Source: Eledone cirrhosa (taxonomy: Eukaryota). Taken from it: DNA of 64,000 nt. Position 1 is the first letter of the stretch. The number at the start of each line of letters is the position of its first letter. The stretch spans positions 26,784,001-26,848,000 of the forward strand of contig OZ024740.1 in the NCBI GenBank assembly GCA_964016885.1, written 5' to 3'. The translations under genes were made by a program, and so were the position numbers. Below are positions 1-13,314 of this stretch, in pieces. The notes below the pieces were generated by a model that saw nothing but the letters and a program-made list of their open reading frames with translations, did no database searches and was not told the origin of the DNA.

Positions 1-625
1 TTCCTAATTTTTCACAGATCGTGCTCTTTCTAATTTCGTGTTTCGCGTTTTTTCTTTGTTTTTAATAATATATTTTCCCTGTTATTTTAGATTCCTTATT
101 ATTTTGACGTATTTTCATAAATTCTTCTTCCTTGGTTGTCATTTATATTTTATTCCATTTGGTTTCATTGAGGATTTTATTGTCGTTATTTTCATGTTTT
201 CACTGCCAATTTAATGCCTTATTACAAGAATTTCTTTTGCAAATTAAGTGATTTTTATCACTTTCGCTAAACTTACATTTAGTGCATCTTTAACTTATTT
301 CACGTTTAATATTCTATATATTGATATCCTGTCTCTATCAAACACATCAAGAATTGATATTTAAAACACACAAAAAATAACAAAAATTCAATCATAAACA
401 GAACATTTCTTCTTCTTCTTCTTCTTCTTCTTCTTCTTCTTCTTCTTCTTCTTCTTCTTCTTCTTCTTCTTCTTCTTCTTCTTCTTCCATGTTTGTTTTA
501 TTAATCTTGCAGATTTTCCTACAATCGTATAATTTATCTTCTGCAGCTTGGATTTAGTTGTGTACAAATATATTTATGTTAAATATTTTTATCAACTTTA
601 GTTTATAATGGTTCCTAGGTAATTG

Positions 626-688
<63 letters not shown>

Positions 689-770
689 CATACATACATA
701 CACACACATGCATGCACACACATACACACACACACGCACACACACGCACACACACATATATATATAGTAT

Positions 771-801
<31 letters not shown>

Positions 802-842
802 ATATATATATATGTTTATAAATATAAATATACATATATATG

Positions 843-900
<58 letters not shown>

Positions 901-934
901 GTACATACACATAAATATAAATATACATATATAC

Positions 935-978
<44 letters not shown>

Positions 979-1436
979 TTGTATTTACTTATGTATGTGA
1001 TGTAATATATTGTAGTTAGCTCACGTTTCCTTGTGACATGTCATGTGACAGCTATTTATGTTCCTTCAACTCCATTATTCTTCTCTTCCTATATTTATTG
1101 TTTTAGACATGTGATTGAATTAAACTACTATATTCCTTCTATCCACCTCTTATACTTCTTCTCCTTCTCTTTCTCCTCCACCTCCTCCTTTTTTCTCCGC
1201 CTTCTTCTTCTTCTTCTTCTTCTTCTTCTTCTTCTTCTTCTTCTTCTTCTTCTTCTTCTTCTTCTTCTTCTTCTTCTTCTGTCAATCTGTCATTACCGAT
1301 ATAGAAGCAAAACAACAGCGTCTACTACTACTACTACTACTACTGATACTACTAGTACTACTACTCCTACTACTTCTACTACTACTACCACCACAACCAC
1401 CACCACCACCATCACTACTACTACTACTACTACTAG

Positions 1437-1469
<33 letters not shown>

Positions 1470-1496
1470 CACCAACACTACTACTACTACTACTAC

Positions 1497-1660
1497 TAGA
1501 GCAAGATGGTTAGATAACATCCATAAGCTTGGCGGTTCTAGTTTGGGGATCCAGCTGCATCAGTTTGAGACAGTTGCTTCTGACAGGACCCGCTGGAAGC
1601 AGTGTTTGAGGACTTTGCCCCACAACCCTCTAAGGAATATGTGGGTGAAGAAGAAGAATT
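1497..1660 (+). mobile_element. RTE-like LINE 3' end with GAA tail
   Basis: RARWLDNIHKLG..ETVASDRTRWKQCL followed by gaagaagaag; related copy at 59110-59400 (minus). Confidence 0.65.
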
Positions 1661-2516
1661 CTGTCGTATCTGACGGTTGTAACATTTGTAGAGATCCTAG
1701 TGTCCATTCTCAAAGCTACGCCCTACGTGGAATATATACAGGGAAAGTCATAAATAAATAGGCAGTATTGTTTAAAATATAGTATTTGGACTGCTGTTTA
1801 ATTATGACACATCGTTAGTTTAAATAATGAGGCATGTTGAATTATTTTGTACAGTAATTCCTAATGAAGTCGTAGGTGTGCCGTATTGACATACAAGGAT
1901 TGCGAGTGACAGAAAGAAAGTGCGAAAGTTATATAGAGGAAACATCAACACCAGTACTAGATCGCTCATTTTTTTTATTGACCGGATGAAAAGTAAAGTT
2001 GATTTCAGCAGGATTTGAACTCAGAGAACAGAGAATTGGAACGAATATCATAAAGCAGTTTATCCGACATGTTAATATCTCTGCCAATTCGTCGCCTTCC
2101 ATGTTGAATTTAATAGAATACATGTATTTATATATAACAAGGAGCCATTTCTGTTTTGATCTGATCTCAAGGACTTTGAGGATCAAGTCCAATATTATAT
2201 CCAGAGCCTATATTTGAACTTAAGAATGTTTAGCTAAATATTTAGTAATATTTTCAATGCCAGTCCCTAGATCTGATTATGAGAACTTTGAGCTATGTAT
2301 TCAACATATTTTCAATATTCACATTATAGCTATACGGTAAGTCTTAGCTTATCAATTGAAGGAATTATAATGCGCATGACACGAGTTTAGTGAATGTATG
2401 GGAGGTAGAGAAAATGGAGAAGTAATCCTCCACTGGGAGACTTGGTCAGAATCTTGTAATATTGTGAAGTATGCTGAAGTCATTATACAACAGTTATAGC
2501 CCTCCTAACGTACATC

Positions 2517-2694
2517 TAGCTTTCGTCTACCCAGTACAACGAGGTGGCTTGGAGCGACCCATAGCTGTCGTTTACCCACTAGTTAGACGTGGCTTCGAGC
2601 AACCCATAGCTGTCGTCTACCCACTAGTAAGATGTGGCTTGGAGCGACCCATAGCTATCGTCTACCAGGTACAACAAGGTGGCTTGGAGCGACC
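2517..2694. repeat. Minisatellite, 45 bp x4
   Basis: tagctgtcgtctacccactagtaagatgtggcttggagcgaccca units at 2517, 2562, 2607, 2652. Confidence 0.9.
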
Positions 2695-3240
2695 TAATTC
2701 TTAGATATAATATACTTGCTCAGAGTCAGACTAGGTATCACTAGATTTTGAAACAAACTTGTGACTCATTGCTGTATATTACGGCAGATTCATAGCGTTT
2801 CTGCAGTAGAACAACAGAAATCATACTGGCCTTTCAGTTCATAGCTCTTTCAGAAATTGTAGGAGCCGGGTTATTACATTTGGCGTGTCTCGGGCATTTA
2901 AATCTGATGGAGCCTAACCATCTCGAAGCCTGGACAAATAGATTTCCCAGAGAAAGAAAGTGAAAGAAAAAAAAGAAGAGTTCAGAGCAGAAGAAATTAA
3001 AGGCTAGAAAGATGCCGAATATAATAGGACGCTCCAGAAAATGAATACCAATTAATAACCTGTATGTTGTACTTTATCGATATTGAAATGGTGAAATAAA
3101 GGTCGGGAGCAGAGAGTCGGATAACAAATCACAAGGCATTCTATTCGGCGCCTTCGTGACTCTACCAATTTACTCTCTTGGCAAACATACATTAACAGTG
3201 ATATAACACATGCAAACACACACACACACACACACATACG

Positions 3241-3286
<46 letters not shown>

Positions 3287-5657
3287 AGCGGGTCAACCTG
3301 AAAGTTTGAACTTTGCGCGCTACATTGTAATAAAATACTCGTCAATTATATTGTAGCTCTGTTTACATCAGGGCTGAAATATACGTCATTATGACACTTA
3401 TTTACCGTTAGCTGGTAGACTGGACGAGCAGAAAGTTGAATGTCTTTGGCACAGACACAAAACAGCTGGCAGTAACAAGATACAATGTCAGTCATTTTGC
3501 CGCCAAACTAGTTAACATAAACTTGGACAACTGTAAACAAGTCATACTGCATTGTGGTCAATATAATGGCCCTGGGAAATACCATGGTATACACGGAATA
3601 TCGCTGAAATAGTATTTCTAGCAATATAATTTAAATATATAAATGAATTCAAATTCACATACACCTACTCACACACACACACGCACGCACACACACACAC
3701 ACACACATACACACACATATATATATATATATACAGCCCACTCTCAAGCGTGAACCTAATACTAACACTTTGTAGTGCACTCTTTGTTATTGTTTTTGTT
3801 TTATGTTTTAACCTATATATATATATATACACATGCGTGGGTGTGTGTTTGTGTGTGCTTATATCTTCCTTTTTGTATTTGTTTTTAAGAATATTGATGT
3901 GAAAACGTGTTGATACAGATATTGTTACATTTTGGGAGAGTCATGATGCCAACATGATGAAACACACGCACCAGGTGATTTTCACTTTAATTTATTATTG
4001 TAATTTTCCGCTGACAGACAAAGGGATATTAGCATCAAAGAATCTAGCTTCCCAGAAGAGTTGTTTGCTTCGAAGGCATTGATGAATCAGGAATACGCTA
4101 TCTTAAAAAATGTCGTCTTCCACCGCACTTCAAGACTCATGATTAAATTGCTGAACAACCACTTATCTAACACTGAAGTTATAAAAGCCGTTAGATGTCC
4201 TAACAGAAAAGGCCTGGTGCAGACAGCATAGCTCCTGTGGCAACACTACAATCTCTGGACTTCATACCTAGGCGTTTGACACTATCAATGACTGCGGGGC
4301 TGTTCATTTCGATGCACTACGGGACCCGTCACTTATCGCCACATCTTTATGTTGTCTATAGCGGCAAAATGTTAGTCGTTCCTGTCCTCTATCAAGCATT
4401 TGTCAAATAACCCACAACTTATATTTATTAGACATACTTCCCTTACCTACAGTAATGGTCATCTACCGAGCATTTGATACATTACCATATAATATTGCTA
4501 ACTATCAAACAGTCGGTTACTGTCAAACACAACTCGTGTATCAGGAAAGATTTCATGTATGAGACATGTTTTCTGTCTTAAAGTACAGATCCATATGTAT
4601 TGCTGGGTTCCACAGCTATCTTTCCGTTGCTCATGATCATCACCAATCCTTGCATCCCTGTTCGGAGAAGGGATTCTTGGACCTCGGTCAATAAGGTTGT
4701 ATGTAATGAGAGGATTATTAGCACGGTGGAATGGTCATTTGCCTCATCAATGTGGGTTTGACCTCTGAACCCTGTCACAAAACAACAGCAAAATACAAGG
4801 TTATAAAACAACCTTTCTCTTTCAACCAGGGTTTCTCTATTGTATCCCACGATGTGTACATATGAGCACTGTAAACCGATTCCACATGTTTGACAGCATC
4901 TTTAATGTGCGGCACATTGAAAAAGACGTTATATATGTCATTATGGTATTTATTCTATGTTTATTGCTGCTATCTGGACTGCTACACTCTCTTAACGTAT
5001 CACCGGTGACATTTCTAGGGTCACTATCTGGTACAGACGTACAATTGTAAGAAGACTGGTGTTTTCCAATGACTTCCAATGAAGTCTCATCATCACCATT
5101 AACAATAAATCACTCAACACCATGGCCATAGCTGTTGTCTCGATGATGTGATCTTGCAGAATGCCAAACTCGATGGTGAAGTGATGACATTCATCAGCAA
5201 TGTCAGTAGGTTATTTTGACATCTGCAGCATTGATTGTAGTCCAAATACATTCCGTTGGCGTCCTGTAATTCTGTTTAACCATGTGATATAAAATAGATC
5301 GTATGTGTGTATATTGCTTTTTAGGTTTTCTCCTAGTTTCTTTTTACATAATTAGCTAAATACATATTTTCTTCAAGAAGTTCATAGGGTATGGCATTCC
5401 CATACATAATTTCCAGGAGAATATGTATATAATGTCAAAGTTAAAATAAATGTTCGATTCTAAATTTATAGTTGTTTATATTCTTATGTATCTTAGTAAG
5501 TCCAAATTTATCAACCATCTGAATTGTTTGGATAAAACATTCTTCAACCAACTTGATAGTGTCAGTTTAGTTGTAAATATAATTGATTCAATACAGATTG
5601 AACACACGTGATCCTATCTGTTTTAGGTGTACTACTATTAGCACGTATATCTATCTA

Positions 5658-5820
5658 TCTAGGGCGGGTAAAATTCCCGAGATCCATGGACGAGTTCTCT
5701 CCAGCGGTCTCTGTCCCTCATCATCGCTGCCATGTCCTGCGTCTCTAAGAGACCAGTGTCTGTCCTTAAGGCATCAACATATGTCAACCTCGGTCTCCCT
5801 CTTCTAGTGTGTCCGTACAG
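5658..5820 (-). mobile_element. RTE/RTEX-like LINE 3' end
   Basis: Minus strand reads GHTRRGRPRLTYVDALRTDTG..MAAMMRDRDRWRELV, a typical RTE C-terminus. Confidence 0.7.
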
Positions 5821-5851
5821 CGGAGATATATATATATAAATATAATACCCC

Positions 5852-5915
<64 letters not shown>

Positions 5916-6031
5916 CAGAGCACCAATCCTAATACCTAAATTTTGTTGGAACGGCAACCGCTCTGTATAATCAGCTCCTGATTATTACTGGAATTCTATA
6001 AGATCTAGCTTCTATAATTTTCGGTTAAAGC

Positions 6032-6093
6032 AGGGGAGTAGGTGGCTCTGATGAACGCCAACCAGCATGAAACCGACTGTCAGCTTTACTCCC
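6032..6093 (+). ncRNA. Minimal type I hammerhead ribozyme motif
   Basis: gggagtaggtggct CTGATGA acgccaaccagcat GAAAC cgact GTC agctttactccc; extended stem I pairing. Confidence 0.7.
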
Positions 6094-6209
6094 TTCTTTC
6101 TCCGAAAAGAAGTAAGTGACATAGTCACTACTTTAAAACTGATAGCGTATGGTTTTCTAAATGTTTTTAATTAAACATACGGTATATAGTCAAATATGCT
6201 ATACATACA

Positions 6210-6269
<60 letters not shown>

Positions 6270-6519
6270 TAGATATATATACTTAAGGTAAATATGTTGA
6301 CTAATCGGGGTACCGTATGCAACGAACCAATCAGAGAACAATGATTGTATGATGAGGTAGCCACGAAAGTCATTGGAATAAGTATCACAGCTTTGTTCAG
6401 CGAACTTCAAATTTCCCTTAGTCTCTACCTTCCCCCTCTCTCTCTCTCTCTCTCTCTCTCATCTATATATATATGTATATTTGCTTTGGCCCCACTCGGT
6501 TAATAATGACTATGGTTTG

Positions 6520-6821
6520 AACCTAGAAAGATTTCCTCCGAGGCACAAGCCTGGGCAGTTTGTTTTTGTGGAAGACCACCAGTCGCCCTTGCATACCAGT
6601 CTCCCCTCTCCACGCCACCGATGTTGTCCAAGGGAAAGGCACTGACCGATACAGCTTGGCACCAGTGACGTCGCAACTCATTTCTACAGCTGAGTAAACT
6701 GGAGCAACGTGAAATAAAGTATCTTGCTCAAGGACACAATGCTTCACCCGGTCCGAGAATTGAACTCACAACCTTTTGATTGCAAGCCCAATGCTCTAAC
6801 CACTAAGCCATGGGCCTTCAC
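6520..6821 (-). mobile_element. tRNA-derived SINE, family B (CORE-like)
   Basis: Minus strand tggcttagtggttagagc (A box), gagttcaattc (B box), tgtgtccttgagcaagatacttta; related copies 55700-55843 (-) and 59645-59785 (+). Confidence 0.8.
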
Positions 6822-7285
6822 CACACATACACACACGCACTTATATACATATATAAATATATATAAATATATATATATATATGTGATTGTGTGTGTGTGT
6901 GTGTGTGTGCGCGAGTGTATGTGTGTGTGTGTGTGTGTGTGTTTGTGTGTGTGAGTATGTGTGTGTGTGTGTGTTTGTGTGTGTGTGTACATAATGACGT
7001 AGCTGTGACTTCAAAGTTTGGGTTAAATCTTTTCAAACTGATTACATTTATTGAATACACATTCAGGTAACGTTTCATTGTTTTATGTGGCACGAATTAG
7101 AAAGAAATAGAGAGTCTGTGTGAGTGTGAGACAGAGAGAAAGAGAGACAGAATGAGAGAAAGAGAGATGTGAGTGTATGAGAGGGAGACACTCTGGAGAA
7201 ATGGAAAAATGTAATATCATATATTATGTATACACAGACACACACATATCCCCTCTCTCTCTCTCTAGAATATAAATATATAACA

Positions 7286-7390
7286 TAGAAAAGGCTTCTA
7301 CAGGACTAGAACTGTTTCATTCGGGAGAAATCCTCAGGAAGGCCTGATGATTTCTCCCGAATGAAACAGTTGTAGTCCTGTCGAAGCCTT

Positions 7391-7395
<5 letters not shown>
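7286..7395. mobile_element. Palindromic element carrying tail-to-tail HHR motifs
   Basis: ~50 bp arms; plus arm CTGATGA(7344) tttctcccgaat GAAACAG..CTGTC; related to 47269-47384. Confidence 0.7.
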
Positions 7396-7451
<56 letters not shown>

Positions 7452-7630
7452 CTATAATATTTATAATTTATAATAGACGAAGCCAAATTTTACATATTTG
7501 ACTTAATTATTTTACATTACTCCGGAGTAAACAAACCAACCTGCGTAAAACGTCGAGTGCTCCACCTGCATTCCTAGGTGACGGTAAAAAACCAAGATAT
7601 ACTCACAATATATATATATATATATATATA

Positions 7631-7963
7631 TATTAATTCAAAATATTAACATAAATAGACATTCGTGTGATCAAGTATATTTTAGTATACATATTTCAGA
7701 GGTACTGAGCTATATTTCAACAGTACGTCCTCATCAGATAAGATGATGCATGACATACCCTGACATAGTAGATGGTTAAGATTCAGTCATGGTAGTGACT
7801 AGTCATGGCTGAATCTTAACCATCTACTATGTCAGGGTATGTCATGCATCATCTTATCTGATGAGGACGTAGTGTTGAAGGTAGCTCAGTACCTCTGAAA
7901 TATGTATAATAAAATATACTTGATCACACGAATGTCTATTTTTGTTAATATTTTGAATTAATA
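7631..7963. mobile_element. ~330 bp palindromic element with an HHR motif in each arm
   Basis: Near-perfect inverted arms centred near 7797; CTGATGA(7858)..gtac/cagtac stem II..GAAA tat GTA taa. Confidence 0.75.
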
Positions 7964-8125
7964 TTAATAACTCCGAAAAACCTTTGTTGAGTGCTTCCAA
8001 TCTATTGTAAAACTAATTCTTTGATTTATTCATTGAACCTTGTTTAACCTTTAAATATATATATATATGGGTGTGGGTGGGTGTGTAATGATGAAGGGGG
8101 AAGGTGAGTAAGATTTGGTGAGGTA

Positions 8126-8163
<38 letters not shown>

Positions 8164-8297
8164 AGGGGGGACGAGATAGACAGTAAGAGAGAGAGAGAGA
8201 GAGAAGGGAGAGGGGAGATACAGTAAGAGAGAGAGAGAGAGATGGAGGAGGTAATAATCAAGTCAATAAATTTCCTCATCAGGATTTCTGTTCCCAC

Positions 8298-8775
8298 GCT
8301 GCTTCCAGTGCTGCTGCTGCAGTCGGTGCAGTTGCTGCTTCCAGTGCTGCTGCTGCAGTCGGTGCAGTTGCTGCTTCCAGTGCTGCTGCTGCTGTCGGTG
8401 CAGTTGCTGCTTCCAGTGCTGCTGCTGCTGTCGGTGCAGTTGCTGCTTCCAGTGCTGCTGTTGGTATCGGTGCAGTTGCTGCTTCCAGTGCTGCTGTTGC
8501 TATCGGTGCAGCTGCTGCTTCCAGTGCTGCTGTTGCTGCTTCCAGTGTTGTTGTCGGTGCAGTTGCTGCGTCCAGTGCTGCTGCTGCTGTCGGTGCAGTT
8601 GCTGTTCCCAGTGCTGCTGCTGCTGCTGCTGTCGGTGCAGTTGCGGCTTCCAGTGCTGCTGCTGCTGCTGTCGGTGCAGTTTCTGCTTCCAGTGCTGCTG
8701 CTGCTGCTGTTGTCGGTGCAGTTGCTACTTCTAGTGATATTGCTGCAGCTGTCGGTGCAGTTGCTGCTGCCTGCT
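8298..8775. repeat. GCT-rich minisatellite (~33 bp unit)
   Basis: gctgcttccagtgctgctgctgctgtcggtgcagtt repeated with 3-bp length variation. Confidence 0.9.
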
Positions 8776-9193
8776 GCTTATGATGCTGATGCTATTCTTG
8801 TCTTGATGCTTTTAGTGTTTTTTGAATGTTTATCCTTGGGCAAGTCTCGCACTCTTACATTTGACTAATTAGACTTCATCTCTAATTAGACAACTATTTG
8901 TTCTTAACCAGCAGATTAGCCAAACATATGTGAGTAATGTCGGAGTTCTCTTTCAACTGACGTGCTTACTATTGCAGCTGTTACTTCAAATTAATTAGTT
9001 CCTTTTCTAAAGTATGTAATACATCTATTGCAGATTTACCACATTCACTTCCCTCTATTCTTTACATATATATTTCTTTACGTCTCTCCTGCACAATATA
9101 CTAATAAACCATTTGTCTAGCAATATATATCTGATTTTAGATATCTGCAAAACCAATACTGTACTGGCAATTATGCATAGAATCGGTTGCACA

Positions 9194-9276
<83 letters not shown>

Positions 9277-9279
<3 letters not shown>

Positions 9280-9466
9280 AAAAAGTATGACCCCGACGGC
9301 AGAGCTCAAGCAGTATCGATGGCTATTTCTGGTCCAGAAATAGCCGTCAAAACGGCTTGAGCTCTGCCGTCGGGTCATACTTTTTTCTATTTCCCACTCT
9401 ATTACCCTAAGTATTTAGTACTCTGGTGCGTTATGGTCCATCTGGTTCTTAACCACAATTCCTTTG

Positions 9467-9468
<2 letters not shown>
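9277..9468 (+). mobile_element. Hairpin-headed short element (half-hammerhead family), copy 1
   Basis: ~55 bp hairpin arms containing AAACGGC ttgagctct GCCGTC ggg, plus shared ~80 bp tail ttcccactcta..ggtgcgttatggtcca..accacaattcctttgtt; in (TA)n. Confidence 0.8.
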
Positions 9469-9524
<56 letters not shown>

Positions 9525-9666
9525 AAATGTGTGAGATCCTTGGTACAGTTAGGTATATTTGAAAAAAAAGGATATATTATAATATTATAAAATTAAATCA
9601 ACTTATTTACCACGAGAAGAGAAGTCGTTCTTTTTCAAATATATATATATATATATATATATAAAT

Positions 9667-12617
9667 GTAAATATCTTTAAGTCGTTGGAAGCCTCGACAA
9701 TGCAAATGAGTAAATCTCCGGGTAACAAGGTTCGGTGGTGGAGAGAGAGATGTAAGTGGGTGTACGTTGAGATGCGTGGTGTGTATAACATGTGTGAGAT
9801 GTGTAGAATGAAGGGAAGAGTATAAAGGATAAAATAAAAATAACAACACAAGAGAGAGTTACCTTGGGAGAGATTTAATAGTCCCTATATATTTCGGATT
9901 CACATCCATCAACTGTGGTTTTTTTCCGGGGTGGGGGAAAAGGTTGTCTGTCGGACAAGTCCGGAACGCGTCCTTCGCTGTTTGTTGTTTTGACTATCTG
10001 AGGTATTCGGCCGAGCGCGCGTGTGCGTGAAATGGGGTCGGTCGTACAGAGGTCAGCGGCCGAATGAGGGAGTGGGATGGTGCAAGCTGTCAGTCCATTC
10101 TCTGCCTGTTTGTTAAATGTTACCGTGTGTGTGTGTGCGTGTGTTGTTGTCTCGCTTGAGTGTGTGTGTGTGTGTGTGTTGTTGCCTTGTTCCTCTGTAT
10201 TGGCAGTGTAGTATGTTCGTATGGTGGAATGCTACTGTGTGTGTGCGTGTGTGTGTGTAGCTGTCTCGTTTGCGTGTGTGTGTATGTGCGTGTGTTGTGT
10301 ATTGTTGCATCGCTTGTTAACTTAAATCAGCCATCTCATTTCGCTTCTCTCTGATCGTTTGTTCATTTGCTGTTGCAGTCGTTTGATAAAAAGCGCTTCC
10401 TTGATATGTAACGTGCCGACATTTCTTTCAGTCGCTAGAATTGTGACAATGGGCCTTCCGTCTTTGTTTCCGCATTTGTCTATGTGTTTCCGGAAAGACG
10501 AGGCCCTGGTTTTAGTGTGTTCCTTGATCCGGATGTGCAAAGGTGGAATTGTGCTACCTATGTAGTATTGGTTGCACCTGTCACATTCTATCTTATACAC
10601 GACGTATGTGCGTAGGCAACAGTTCGCATGGCGTATCGGGCAGTCTCTGAGGGAGCATGCGTCAGTAGATTTTTCGGGTTTCCTGGAGAGGCATCTTCGC
10701 AGGGAGGGGCCCGAGTGGGCCAGGTGGATGTCGAGGCCCTCCCTCCGTATAGCCTTGCGGATAGCGTTGGTGGTTTTCCCGCCCAGGTGTGGCATTTTAA
10801 GGAAGCACTTGCCTTGGGTGCTTCTCTGTCTCTTGCGTCTGGTGTCTCCTATTCTGTCTGTGATCGAGGTAGGGTACCCGTTCGTCTCCAGCACCTCGAG
10901 GAATCGCTTGGTATGAGTGACACCACTCGCGGGATCGCTGCATCTGTTTTTGATTCGCGCGATCTCGTTCGTGATGTATCCTCTTTTGGCACTGTTAGGG
11001 AGGGCGGACTTGTAGTGAACGAATAGGTCCCTGCAGGCTGCCTTTCGGTAGAAGTTGCAGTGGATCCTTCCCTGTTCCGTGATGTTGATTCGGAAGTCGA
11101 GGAGCGCAAGTGACCCGTCTTCGTTGGGGTGTTCAACACTGAAGTCAATGTTCTCGTCCGTGTTGTTGAACGTCTCATAGATTCTGTTCGCCGTGTCTTG
11201 GGAAGATGTGAGGATGAGGATATCGTCCACGTACCTTGAGAAAAAGGCTACGGCGTTGGGGTGGCAGGCGTTGAGTGCCTTGCGTTCGAGGTTGTCCATG
11301 TAAGAGATCGCTAGCACAGCTGATAGGCTTGATCCCATGGGCAATCCCGAGGTTTGTTGGTATATTTGGTCAAGGAATCCGAAGTAGGTGTTGTCGACGA
11401 CGATGGATAGGAGTTGGTGGATGTCAGTGGTGGTGAACCCGAAGCAGTGTAGGTCGGTGGATTGGACGTGTTCCATTAGTATATTGACGGCCGCGAGTGC
11501 CGGGACCGAGGTGTAGAGAGCGACTACATCAAGGCTGAAGGCATATCTGTTATTCCTTCTGGTGTCGGGATCCATTTGATGCAGGCGCTTCAACACCTCC
11601 TCGGAGCTGTTAACGTGTCCCGGCAAGGTGTCTAAGATGGGTTTGAGTATTCCGGCTAGAAGCCATGAAATTTTGTAGAGTGGTCCCTCCACGCTCGATA
11701 CGATGGGCCTGATCTTCAGGTCGGGTCCCTCTGTGTGTGTTTTCACGAGGAAACACATAGACAAATGCGGAAACAAAGACAGAAGGTCCATTGTCACAAT
11801 TATAGCGACTGAAAGAAACGTCGGCGCTTTACGTATCAAGGAAGCGCTTTTTATCAAACGACTGCAACCGCAAATAAACAACCGATCAAAGAGAAGCGAA
11901 ATGAGATGGCTGGTTTAAGTTAACAAGCGATGCAACAACACACAACATACGCACACACACACCCACGCAAACGAGACAACTACACACACACACGCACACA
12001 CACAGTAGCATTCCACCATACGAACATACTACACTGCCAATACAGAGGAACAAGGCAACAACACACGCACACACACACACACACTCAAGCGAGACAACAA
12101 CACACGCACACACACACACAGTAACAATTAACAAACAGGCAGAGAATGGACTAACAGCTAGCGCCATCCCACTCTCTCATTCGGCCGCTGACCTCTGTAC
12201 GACCGACCCCATTTCACGCGCACGCGCGCTCTGCCGAATACCTCAGATATTCAAAACAACAAACAGCGAAGGACGCGTTCCTGACTTGTCCGACAGACAA
12301 CCTTTTCCCCCACCCCGGAAAAAAACCACAGTTGATGGATGTGATTCCGAAATATATAGGGACTATTAAATCTCTCCCAAGGTAACTCTCTCTTGTGTTG
12401 TTATTTTAATTTTATCCTTTATACTCTTCCCTTCATTCTACACATCTCACACATGTTATACACACCACGTATCTCAACGTACACCCACTTACATCTCTCT
12501 CTCCACCACCGGACCTTGTTACCCGGAGATTTACCCATTTGCATTGTTGAGGCTTCCAAACGACTTAAAGATATTTACTTATTGTTCCACAATGCTTCAA
12601 GCAAACTTCAATACTCT

Positions 12618-12620
<3 letters not shown>
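9667..12620 (-). mobile_element. Penelope-like retroelement (Penelope/Poseidon-type), 5'-truncated, with long inverted pseudo-LTR, flanked by (TA)n
   Basis: RT+GIY-YIG ORF in the middle; 9667-10490 is the near-identical reverse complement of 11749-12578; (TA)n tracts on both sides. Confidence 0.92.
10322..11748 (-). CDS. PLE reverse transcriptase + C-terminal GIY-YIG endonuclease (N-terminally truncated, uninterrupted)
   Basis: KIRPIVSS, FSLDVVALYTSVP, QQTSGLPMGSSLS, RYVDD, LALLDF, YRK..HYKS; EN motifs VVYKIECDRCNQYYIGST..LHIRIKEH..KEALFI. The ORF-track start at 11881 lies in the inverted pLTR and is not the natural start. Confidence 0.93.
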
Positions 12621-12699
<79 letters not shown>

Positions 12700-12719
12700 A
12701 TGTATGTGAAATGTAAATA

Positions 12720-12890
12720 GAAATAACAACACAATCGGTACAGTATATGGAAGGGATATATTAGGTTAACGCTTGATATAGCAGGAAAAGGGTTTTAACG
12801 TTTTGCACGCTAGTCCTTCATCAGAAGAGAGAATGAGAAATAAGATAGATTGAGGGGACGGGCGGGCTGGAATTGAAAAAATGTCTTTAT
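12720..12890 (-). mobile_element. PLE-type 3' tail with decayed HHR motif
   Basis: Minus strand CTGATGA aggactagcgtgc aAAACGTT..caagcgttaacctaatatatcccttccatatactgtac, matching 45521-45610. Confidence 0.6.
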
Positions 12891-12957
12891 GTACATATAT
12901 ATCCATATATATTATATATGTCTGCGTGTCTTTATAGTGAGAGAAAGAGAGAGAAAG

Positions 12958-12997
<40 letters not shown>

Positions 12998-13314
12998 GAG
13001 AGAGAAAGAGAGAGATAGAGCGAGGGGGGGGGAGAAGTAGAGGGTGACAAATGACTTCTATAAAAGTAGAATTCTTCTAGTATTATAGAATATATTTCTA
13101 TAATAAAATAAATATGGCTATATTCTATCAACGTATTGAGGTCCTTTTCAACTATGTTGCTGTTGAATGTATGAACTGTCTATACAAGGGAGACAATCTG
13201 TTCAACGGTTTACCGACAGAATTTAGGACATTCTTGAACAGCAGATGGTTTTATCTTAAACTCTCGTCTTCCCCCACTCGGAACCAGCCTTTAACCTTGT
13301 CTACATTAATTGTT

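Noticed and set aside
2517-2694. 45-bp repeats with variable middles as a CRISPR array
   Set aside because: Variable parts are related to each other; ordinary minisatellite
6745-6821. tRNA gene
   Set aside because: A/B boxes belong to a multi-copy SINE head; no complete cloverleaf evident
8262-8290. Minus-strand CTGATGAGGAAA as hammerhead
   Set aside because: No room for stem II and no supporting stems I/III
11749-11881. N-terminus of the 519-aa ORF as a novel domain
   Set aside because: It is the antisense reading of the inverted pLTR copy of the GIY-YIG C-terminus
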